Origin: Candidatus Multivoradales bacterium | Lineage (GTDB): Bacteria; Acidobacteriota; Thermoanaerobaculia; Multivoradales; Multivoraceae | Assembly: GCA_965223325.1 (NCBI GenBank) | Contig: CBDCWI010000002.1 | Location: 1-64,000, forward strand | DNA length: 64,000 bases | Direction: 5' to 3' | In this document: in pieces, positions 27,325-35,319 of the stretch | Position numbering within the stretch: position 1 is the stretch's first letter | Layout: each line of letters starts with the position of its first letter | Notes under the pieces: generated by a model | What the model was told of the DNA's origin: nothing | What the model saw: the letters and a program-made list of their open reading frames with translations, nothing else | Database searches by the model: none | Translations under genes and position numbers: made by a program

Positions 27325-29058
27325 ATGAAGAGAATCATCACCATCGCAGTACTTGCCGGGACCCTCGCGTTGCCCGCCTACGCACAGCGGATCTCCCAGT
27401 TGCCGGCGGCGGGCTCGGCCTCTGGCTCCGATGAGCTGCCCTCCAACCAGGGCGGCACGACGCGCAAGCTCACCGTTACGCAGATCCTGGCGCTGATCAG
27501 CGACTCGAACGTTCCCGACAATCTGACGATCTCGAGCTCGTCGAATCTCGAAACCGCGGGCTGCCTCCAGATCGGGAGCCTGACCTCGAGCTCTGCCACT
27601 TGCATCTGCGACGACGCAGACCGAGCGTACGCCGACAAGGACTGCGACGGCACCAAGGACGCCGGCGAGGAGTACCTCGACGCGTCGGGTGGTGGCTCGT
27701 CTGACTCGTTCGTGACGCAGGACACGCCGAGCGGCACCGATCCGGTGGCAGATTCGGCGACCGACGTCCTCCAGTGGCTCGCCGGGCAGGACATCACGAT
27801 CACAGGCAACTCGACAAACGACTCGATCACCATTGCGTTCGACGGCAATCTGACCGCCGGAACCACGCTCGACGGCGCCACGATCCAAACCGGCACGGAC
27901 GGCATGAACGACCTGTCTGACATGTCGACGTCGGGCTGCGACAGTGGCGAGGTTGTGGAGTACAACGGAAGCTCGTTCGTCTGCGCTACGGACAACACGG
28001 GCGGCGGTTCCGCGAACTCGTTTGAGACCCACTCGACGCCCTCGGGCACGTCACCGGTTGCGAGCTCGGCCACCGACACGTTGACCTGGTCCGCCGGCCA
28101 GGACATCACGATCACCGGCACCGCGGGTACCGACACGATTGCGATCGCACTCGACGGAGACCTGACCGGAGGAACCACCCTGGGCGGCGCAGCAATCCAG
28201 ACCGGCACGGACGACGACCAGCCGGACTCAGACGGTGAGGTGCCAGACGACATCACAGTCGCCTCGAGTGCGAACCTCGCCACGGCCGGGAGGGTGCAGC
28301 TCGGGAGCCTGACGGTAGGTTCTGCGTCCTGCGTCACGATCGACTCAGACCGGCCATATGCCGACAAGGACTGCGACGGCACCAAGGACGCCGGCGAGGA
28401 GTACCTCGACGCGTCGGGTGGCGGTGGCGGCGCGGACAGCGTTGGGACCTCGGAGCTTGACGACGGGACGGATACGCCGCTGGCCGGTGAGTACGTCCGG
28501 GTTGATCCGCTCGACACCACGCAGTTCCAGTACCGCACCTCGGCCGAGGTCCGTGGAGACATCGGGGCAGCCTCGACGACCGATCTCATCGACGCCGGCG
28601 CCACGGTGACGGCGGCCGATGACCAGATCATGATCGGTGACGGCAGCGAGTTCGATGGCGAAGCGATTCCGAACGGGGTCCTTTACTACGACGCCGCGAA
28701 CAACGACGTCGAGGAGCACGAGACCTGCGACAGCACGACGATTCAGTCGATGCAGGCCGCCGACGATGATCTTCTGATCCTTGGCCCGTTCCCCTATGCG
28801 GTGACGGTCGAGCAGGTGGGCTGCCGCTACGAGGGCACGGGCACAACCGTCGGCCAGGTGAGTCTCGAGGACACCGGCGGCAATGCGATGACGCACACAG
28901 TCCCGACCTGCACGACGGGCGGAACCGCCGCGACGTTTCAGTCAATCAGCGCCGGCGGCGGCCTGACTGCTGGCGAGGGGCTTCGCCTGGACGTCGACAA
29001 CACGCCCGACCCAACCACCGATGACTACATCATCACCGTCTGCTGGACGAGGGATTGA
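27325..29058 (+). CDS. Fibre-like repeat protein with Sec signal peptide
   Basis: MKRIITIAVLAGTLALPAYA|QRISQLPAA; two pairs of internal repeats; 12 Cys. Confidence 0.7.
   Translation: MKRIITIAVLAGTLALPAYAQRISQLPAAGSASGSDELPSNQGGTTRKLTVTQILALISDSNVPDNLTISSSSNLETAGCLQIGSLTSSSATCICDDADRAYADKDCDGTKDAGEEYLDASGGGSSDSFVTQDTPSGTDPVADSATDVLQWLAGQDITITGNSTNDSITIAFDGNLTAGTTLDGATIQTGTDGMNDLSDMSTSGCDSGEVVEYNGSSFVCATDNTGGGSANSFETHSTPSGTSPVASSATDTLTWSAGQDITITGTAGTDTIAIALDGDLTGGTTLGGAAIQTGTDDDQPDSDGEVPDDITVASSANLATAGRVQLGSLTVGSASCVTIDSDRPYADKDCDGTKDAGEEYLDASGGGGGADSVGTSELDDGTDTPLAGEYVRVDPLDTTQFQYRTSAEVRGDIGAASTTDLIDAGATVTAADDQIMIGDGSEFDGEAIPNGVLYYDAANNDVEEHETCDSTTIQSMQAADDDLLILGPFPYAVTVEQVGCRYEGTGTTVGQVSLEDTGGNAMTHTVPTCTTGGTAATFQSISAGGGLTAGEGLRLDVDNTPDPTTDDYIITVCWTRD
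27631..28421 (+). repeat. Exact 62-nt in-frame direct repeat (27631-27692 and 28360-28421)
   Basis: Both copies encode ADKDCDGTKDAGEEYLDASG; 729 nt apart. Confidence 0.95.
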
Positions 29059-29062
29059 GCCC

Positions 29063-29905
29063 ATGCGCCTCGCTCTAGTCGCACTCACTATCGTCCTCGC
29101 GGCGCAGTCGGTGGCCGCTGGCAACCTGATCAGGCGCTCGTTGCCGCCCGACGAGACTGCGTCGATGACCGGGTACTGGTCGCTCGATGAGTCGAGCGGA
29201 GACAGGGACCTGACCGCGGGCACGGCCGGCACCGATTGTGATCTGACGCAGGAGGGCACCGTTTCGTCCGAGGCGGGCATCCTGGGCAACGCTGCTTCGT
29301 TCCCCGACACGAATTCTGATCGGTTCGTCGCGACAGACGCGACGTGTGACGAGGTCGATGCGACCGACGAGGACGTCGTGGTCTGCACGTACTTCCGGAT
29401 GGACTCGACGACCACGTCTGGTGGCTACATCATCGAAAACCGAAACGGGTCCGGTGGCTGGGACTTCTGGTACTCGAACTACTGCGCGAACTACGCGATC
29501 GATTTCGAGGTTCACGACGGAACGACCGTGTTTCGCAACACCGACTTCCCGTCGAACGAGTGCGACAACTGGGTCGCGATGTGCGGGCGATGGGATGACT
29601 CCGCGGGCACCGTCGACATCATGTTGAACGGCACCGTCGACACGCTGAGCCCTGCGAGTCCTGGTGTCGTAGACGGGACCCAGGATCTCCGGTTCGGAAA
29701 CGGATTGAAGGGTGAGCTTGACGAGGCGTGGATCGATATCTCGACCGGTGGTGCACTGACCGATACCGAGCTCCGGAAGATGCAGGCGTGCGGCCCGACA
29801 GGTGAGCTATGCCGCTGCCGCGGCGACGTCTACGTTGACCGCGGCTTCTACGACGACGAATCGATCAGCGGCGACCTAGGAGACTGCGATGCGACTGTCT
29901 TCTAG
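29063..29905 (+). CDS. LamG/ConA-like protein with Sec signal peptide
   Basis: MRLALVALTIVLAAQSVAA; GYWSLDESSG, GILGNAASF, GELDEAWI; 10 Cys. Confidence 0.75.
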   Translation: MRLALVALTIVLAAQSVAAGNLIRRSLPPDETASMTGYWSLDESSGDRDLTAGTAGTDCDLTQEGTVSSEAGILGNAASFPDTNSDRFVATDATCDEVDATDEDVVVCTYFRMDSTTTSGGYIIENRNGSGGWDFWYSNYCANYAIDFEVHDGTTVFRNTDFPSNECDNWVAMCGRWDDSAGTVDIMLNGTVDTLSPASPGVVDGTQDLRFGNGLKGELDEAWIDISTGGALTDTELRKMQACGPTGELCRCRGDVYVDRGFYDDESISGDLGDCDATVF

Positions 29906-32900
29906 CGCTCTCCTGATTCTGTTCACCCTTGGGGTGAACGGTTTCGCTGCGGCCGAGCTCGGCGACCACAAGGGTCGCGGCTACGAGGCGCGGGTTTGTG
30001 GTCTTGACCTGGACGACGACGGCATCGTGGGCGAAGCCTCTGACTGCGACGTCTGCGACTCGACCTCGGGCTCGAGCATGGTTGCGGTCGACTGGGACGG
30101 CGACAGCACGACAGAGTCCGAGGTCTACGTCGACATGACGTCGGGTGCCGATAGTGGGTCTTGCGGCACACCAGATTCTCCGTGCGCGACTCTCGCGTAC
30201 GCCATCGACAACCGCTCGGGCCTGGCCGCCGGCGAAGACGCCTACTGCGTCAAGGGAACGGGCGGCACCGGCGACGACCTGATTGATGACATCCCGAGCG
30301 GCGACGCCGGGACCAGGTGGGACCAGTCTGGCGACGAGGCTTTCCCGGTCGCGGTTCCGACAAACCCGACCCTGATCGTTGCCTGGGACGACGACAACGA
30401 CGGCAACTATCACGAGGACATGCCGATCTTCGACGGCACAGACGACGAGGTCTTCCTCTGGGAGACCGGCGTGTCACGAGTCGAGCTCGCGCATCTACGC
30501 TTCGACAACATCACCGATCCGATCTGGTCGCCCAGCGGTGTGACCTCCGGCGAGCGGGACTCCTGGTACCTGCACGACCTCGAGGTCAACGACATCGCAT
30601 CCTTCCAGCTTTTCAACGTCTTCGGGTGCCAGAACGGAAACAGTGGTGACGACCTGCTCTTTCGCAACATTCTGGTCGATGGCCAGGCGGTCACCGAAGA
30701 CAACTTCTTCTATGCGATGCGCGGAGAGTGTGACGGGACCGGTTTCACTCGCCGCACGAGGTGGAGGTTCGACAACTACACCTATCGCGATGTCATCGCG
30801 GCCGGCGGCGGGGATGCAACCCACGTCCTTTTCGACGTCTGGGGCAGCGTCGACCACGTCGAGTTTCGCGACATCCGCATTGAGGGGACGAGCGACGGGC
30901 ACGCCCTCGACATGCCCAACTTCGGGAGCCCGGCCCAGTGCATCCAGGACGTATGGGTAACAAACGTCTTCTGCGACCAGTGCGGGAGCTTCGTGGTCGA
31001 GAGTGCCGATAACACCTTCTGCGACGTCGACGAGATCACCGGCCCCGTCATCGTTGATCGCCTCGAGTGGTACGGGGACGACGACCACACCGGATTCGGC
31101 GACGTGATCTTCGTCACGATCGACAACGTCGGTGACGGCGACTCGCGAATCGAGAACTTCACCCTTCGCAACAGCACGATGGTCGACGGGGACTCGGCGC
31201 AACGCAACTGCGTCCGTTTGGACGTGGGCCAGAACACCGAGGCCTACACCGCCGGCGCAGAGTTCGTGTTCGACGGCAACACCTTCGTCGGTTGTATCAA
31301 CGGGATCTACGTCGAGAACGAGGGCTCAGCGACGCACGTGCTCCAGAAAGTCACGATTCGCGGCAACGCCTTCTACGACAACGGCGACAACATCGACGAC
31401 CGCACCGGCGGGTCGAACTGGACGATCGAGGACAACAGCTACGACGCCGGAAACTGGCGATGGAACTCGACGGAGTACTCAACGGGCGCCTTCGCGACTT
31501 GGGAAACGGCCTCGGGCGATACGGGAAGCGACCTCTGCACACCGGTTTTTGAGGATTCGGCCGGCGATGACTGGCGACCCGCTCTGCACGACACCTGCAT
31601 CCTGGGCGCCCGCACGTCGGCGCTCACGAGTGCCATTGACCGCGCCAACAAGCAGCGCGGAGACGATCCCTCGCGGGGCGGTCTCGAGCGGGACACGATG
31701 TACCCGAGTCATCTGCGGGCGGCTGTGGCAGCTCAGTACGATGATGATCGAGGGCCCACCGACTCGCCGACCATCCCCGGCGGTGCAACTGTCATCGATT
31801 GCGATGCGGCCGGCGATCCCTCGGTCACGATCACCAGCAGCGGCGATTACGAGATCCGCGGTACCTGCCGACCCGCCGGCGTGATCGACCCCGGCGCCGG
31901 AACCACAAACATCGTGTGCGAGGACAGCACGACTCTGATCCTCGGGAGCAACGACATTTCGCCGGCGACCGTCGCCTGGACGTCTGACACGGGCGACTGG
32001 TACGTGACCGGCCAAACGCAGGACTCGACCGACTACACCCAGGGGTGTCAGAGCGGGTGGACGAACTGCGAGGAGTCGGAGGCGGTCTATCTCGACGGGG
32101 TCCACCTGACTCCGGTCACGAGTAAGGCCAACCTCGACCAGGACGACGAGTTCTACTTCGACTACGCCGCCGACCGCATTTACTTGAACTTCGATCCCGA
32201 GCTCAACCAGGACCTGGTCATCGAGGCGACGTCCGAAGAGAAGGCCTTCGATCTGTCCGACAGTACAGAGGCGAACCCGCACACGGTTCGAAACTGCACG
32301 GTCAAGTTCTTCAACGCGTCGGCCGAACCTCCGGTCGAGACGAACAACGTGATCGACATGGGCGCCGGCGCGATCTTCGAGTACTCGTACCTCGGCCAAA
32401 GCGGCGGCGTCGGAATCATGATGGACGGCGACGGCTCGACAGTCCAGCACTCGATCATCGAGGACATCGGCCGGCTCGGTATCGGTGGCAACAACGACGA
32501 CCTGACGGTCGAGAACGTGGCGATCAGGCGGGTCAACCGCGACAAGGGGCATTCCTACGTCTGGGAGGCCGGCTGCACCAAGTTCGCAACCGGCAACGTC
32601 GACAACCTGCTGCTCGCCAACAGCACCGCCGAGGACTGTCTCGGACCCGGCTGGTGGACCGATATCGACGTGGGCGATGCCGTTGATTCAAGCATCGTGT
32701 TCCGAGACCTCTGGGCGTCAGGCAATCAGGAAGGCGTCCGCCACGAGATCGCGTTCGCCGCCACGATCGAGCGCGTCATCGCGATGCGAAACGAGGATGC
32801 CCAGATCGCCGTGGCGAACAGCGAAGACACGATCGTCCGCGACTCCTGGATACAGAACACGATTGTCGACTCGCCCGGGGTCAACAGCGGCCTGAGTCTT

Positions 32901-33263
32901 GGCAACGACTGCCGCACTTCGCCGGCGAACTACTACACCCGCGACGTCACGGTCGAGAACAACATCTTCGTCTCTGAGGGCGATAACGACGGGTGCTGGT
33001 CTTGCGGATACGTGGTGTCGATGCAGGTAAGCCCGACGACAACGTCCGGCTGCCCGCTGAACCTCGATTCGACGCTGGCCAACTGGTTCAACGGAACGAA
33101 GAACCCCACGAAGATCGACAACAACCGGTACGTGCTGCTCGGCGAGGAAGCGTTCGTGGGGCAGAGCGGCTCAGACGGCCGCGCGGAAATCAACTGGTCG
33201 AGCTGGCAGGGGCTGGGGCTCGACACCAACAGCGAAAAGGTCACAACCCGAGGAGGCAACTAG
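29889..33263 (+). CDS. Large acidic right-handed beta-helix protein (two solenoid regions) with Sec signal peptide
   Basis: MRLSSSALLILFTLGVNGFA; VYVD...GADSGSCGTPDSPCATLAYAI; TIRGNAFYDN and TVENNIF repeats; DxDxDG motifs. Confidence 0.75.
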   Translation: MRLSSSALLILFTLGVNGFAAAELGDHKGRGYEARVCGLDLDDDGIVGEASDCDVCDSTSGSSMVAVDWDGDSTTESEVYVDMTSGADSGSCGTPDSPCATLAYAIDNRSGLAAGEDAYCVKGTGGTGDDLIDDIPSGDAGTRWDQSGDEAFPVAVPTNPTLIVAWDDDNDGNYHEDMPIFDGTDDEVFLWETGVSRVELAHLRFDNITDPIWSPSGVTSGERDSWYLHDLEVNDIASFQLFNVFGCQNGNSGDDLLFRNILVDGQAVTEDNFFYAMRGECDGTGFTRRTRWRFDNYTYRDVIAAGGGDATHVLFDVWGSVDHVEFRDIRIEGTSDGHALDMPNFGSPAQCIQDVWVTNVFCDQCGSFVVESADNTFCDVDEITGPVIVDRLEWYGDDDHTGFGDVIFVTIDNVGDGDSRIENFTLRNSTMVDGDSAQRNCVRLDVGQNTEAYTAGAEFVFDGNTFVGCINGIYVENEGSATHVLQKVTIRGNAFYDNGDNIDDRTGGSNWTIEDNSYDAGNWRWNSTEYSTGAFATWETASGDTGSDLCTPVFEDSAGDDWRPALHDTCILGARTSALTSAIDRANKQRGDDPSRGGLERDTMYPSHLRAAVAAQYDDDRGPTDSPTIPGGATVIDCDAAGDPSVTITSSGDYEIRGTCRPAGVIDPGAGTTNIVCEDSTTLILGSNDISPATVAWTSDTGDWYVTGQTQDSTDYTQGCQSGWTNCEESEAVYLDGVHLTPVTSKANLDQDDEFYFDYAADRIYLNFDPELNQDLVIEATSEEKAFDLSDSTEANPHTVRNCTVKFFNASAEPPVETNNVIDMGAGAIFEYSYLGQSGGVGIMMDGDGSTVQHSIIEDIGRLGIGGNNDDLTVENVAIRRVNRDKGHSYVWEAGCTKFATGNVDNLLLANSTAEDCLGPGWWTDIDVGDAVDSSIVFRDLWASGNQEGVRHEIAFAATIERVIAMRNEDAQIAVANSEDTIVRDSWIQNTIVDSPGVNSGLSLGNDCRTSPANYYTRDVTVENNIFVSEGDNDGCWSCGYVVSMQVSPTTTSGCPLNLDSTLANWFNGTKNPTKIDNNRYVLLGEEAFVGQSGSDGRAEINWSSWQGLGLDTNSEKVTTRGGN

Positions 33264-33470
33264 ATGCTGGTCGAGATTGAGATGTTGACAACAGAGGGCA
33301 AGTACAAGAAGGGCCAGGCCTACGAGGTGGACGCCCAGCGCGCGGCCGCGTGGGAAGCCGCCGGCGTGGCGCAACGCCCAGGAGCTAAACCAGAGCGCCG
33401 CTCAAGTGGCCTCAAAACACGAAGGCCCGCGGGCGCGGAGCCATCACCAACTGACGACCAGGAGGTCTAG
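33264..33470 (+). CDS. Small virion-associated protein
   Basis: EMLT...YKKGQAYEV...AAAWEAAGVA. Confidence 0.55.
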   Translation: MLVEIEMLTTEGKYKKGQAYEVDAQRAAAWEAAGVAQRPGAKPERRSSGLKTRRPAGAEPSPTDDQEV

Positions 33471-33473
33471 ACA

Positions 33474-34208
33474 ATGGCAGGCGAGAAAAGAGTGGTGGTT
33501 CGAAACGCCACAGTGATCTACGAAGAGTTCAACTACGCGCCATTCGCAAACGACGTGTCGATTGATCTGTCACAGCAGGACATCGACGCTTCGAACTTCG
33601 AGAGCCCTGGGGGCTTCGAAGACACGTTACCCGGCAACAAGAGCGCGACGTTCACCGTCAGCGGATTCGCAATGTCTGGCGACCTCGAGCGGGCACTGTG
33701 GACCCGCGAGGACGATGTCCTCGTGTCGTTCTCACGTGAGCGGCCGGTCGAGGCAGGCGATCTCGTGTACTTCGCGAAGGCGCGACGCAGTGGCAACCCG
33801 ATCCAGACCCGAGTGGGCCAGATCGCGACGCTGTCCGCGAACTTCAAACCGATCGAGGGCATCGTGCAGGGTTATGGCGCATACAGCAGCCTGGCTATCA
33901 CGGCCAGCGACACCGGCGGCGAGATCAACATCCCCGGCGGCGTGCCTAACGGCTCGACGCTCAAGATGATCGTGCATTGCACGGACGCGTCCGGCACGAC
34001 CCCAACGATGGACATCATCGTGCGCAGCGCTGCGGCGACCGGCATGGGTACGCCGACAACTCGCGGAACGTTCACTCAGATCACAGCGGCGGGAAGCGAG
34101 CTCCTCGAGGTCGATGGCCCGATCACTGACGAGTTCTGGGACGTCGATATCACGGTGGCCGGTACGACACCCAGTTTCGGCGTGATGGTTGCGATCGGCG
34201 TCATCTAG
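33474..34208 (+). CDS. Major tail (tube) protein with C-terminal beta-sandwich
   Basis: IDASNF...EDTLPGNKSATFTVSG; directly precedes the chaperone and TMP. Confidence 0.75.
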   Translation: MAGEKRVVVRNATVIYEEFNYAPFANDVSIDLSQQDIDASNFESPGGFEDTLPGNKSATFTVSGFAMSGDLERALWTREDDVLVSFSRERPVEAGDLVYFAKARRSGNPIQTRVGQIATLSANFKPIEGIVQGYGAYSSLAITASDTGGEINIPGGVPNGSTLKMIVHCTDASGTTPTMDIIVRSAAATGMGTPTTRGTFTQITAAGSELLEVDGPITDEFWDVDITVAGTTPSFGVMVAIGVI

Positions 34209-34214
34209 ATCCCT

Positions 34215-34310
34215 GCGGCGGTTGAGGGGGCCCGGGCTGCGGCGAGACACCGTCTCCACTCTCCCCCGTGAGAGGCGAGTTGCTCGGGCGCCCTCACGGC
34301 CGTCGCTTTT
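34215..34310 (+). terminator. Branched stem-loop followed by TTTT between tube and chaperone genes
   Basis: gcggcggttgagggggcccgggc pairs with gctcgggcgccctcacggccgtcgc; two inner hairpins. Confidence 0.5.
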
Positions 34311-34324
34311 CCATGGAGAAAAAC

Positions 34325-34969
34325 ATGTCTACAAGATTCGACCTGACCAACGTACTCGGCGCGATGCAGGAAACGCGGCGCGTCGTCGACCCGTGGGGCT
34401 TCGGTTGGGAGTTCGAGATCGCTCGACTCGATTGTCGTCCCTACGCAGAATGGCAGCGTCAGGAGCAGGCCCTCAACCCGCTCGCTAGGGCAATGACCAA
34501 CGTGTCGGCACAGGCGGCGCTTGCGGCAGCGGCCGAAGGCCAGAACCTCGGCGGTGAGGATTTCGAAGCGACCCGGAAGCAGGTCATGCTTAAGGCCTCG
34601 GAAACGTTCGAGCTCGACCCAGAGCAGATGGCCGAGAGCACCGCTCGAGCGGCGCGAGGGGTAGCGGAACACCTGATTCGCGGCTGGGCCGGCGTGCTCA
34701 GTGCTGACGGCGTGACCGTGCCCTACACAGTCGACGCCGCGGTCGAGCTCCTGACGGACACGACATCGTTTCCCGCGACCAAGAAGCACCCAGACACCGG
34801 CGAGGACGTCGAGATCCCACACGGTGGAAACACCGTCGGCCAGGCGGTGCTGTCGTGGGTGCTCGAGGAGGCGGCCAAGAACGAGGCCTATCGGGCCGTT
34901 GAGCTGAGGGCCGTCGAGGGAAAATCCGAAGCGCGCTCCGATGGCACATCGGCACCTGGGGCCAACTGA
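34325..34969 (+). CDS. Tail assembly chaperone (G-like)
   Basis: Between tube and TMP; GGAG RBS; slippery G GGA AAA at 34918-34924. Confidence 0.75.
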   Translation: MSTRFDLTNVLGAMQETRRVVDPWGFGWEFEIARLDCRPYAEWQRQEQALNPLARAMTNVSAQAALAAAAEGQNLGGEDFEATRKQVMLKASETFELDPEQMAESTARAARGVAEHLIRGWAGVLSADGVTVPYTVDAAVELLTDTTSFPATKKHPDTGEDVEIPHGGNTVGQAVLSWVLEEAAKNEAYRAVELRAVEGKSEARSDGTSAPGAN

Positions 34970-35316
34970 GCGCGCATGTACGCAACGCGGCAGAGGGCGT
35001 CTACCAGGAGCGGCGGAAGTCGGGAGACTCTCGCCCGCGCCACGTCATCCTGGGCGAGCTCCTCGAGTACGAGGTTCCCGAGGACGATGCTCTCGTGAGT
35101 GAGACGCTGTTAGCCGACTCGCGCATGGCCCGCGACGTGAACGGGCGGACACTCCTCTCTGAGCAGCGTCAGTTCCTCGACGAGCGTGGGATCGTTGATC
35201 CCAGCGAACGAGACTTCTGGCTGCGTCTCTGGGCGGTGTGCAACGACGAGAGGGCCCAGATTCGGGCGGACGAGCGAGAAGAGGGTCCGGCCGGCGGCCA
35301 GGGCCTGGAGGGCTAG
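34918..35316 (+). CDS. -1 frameshift extension of the chaperone (GT-like)
   Basis: The -1 frame is open from the slippery site to the stop at 35316 (IRSALRWHIG...GQGLEG). Confidence 0.75.
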   Translation, partial: GKIRSALRWHIGTWGQLSAHVRNAAEGVYQERRKSGDSRPRHVILGELLEYEVPEDDALVSETLLADSRMARDVNGRTLLSEQRQFLDERGIVDPSERDFWLRLWAVCNDERAQIRADEREEGPAGGQGLEG

Positions 35317-35319
35317 TCC

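Noticed and set aside
27631-28421. Possible DGR template/variable repeat pair
   Set aside because: Copies are identical rather than differing at adenines, both are coding, and no reverse transcriptase is present.
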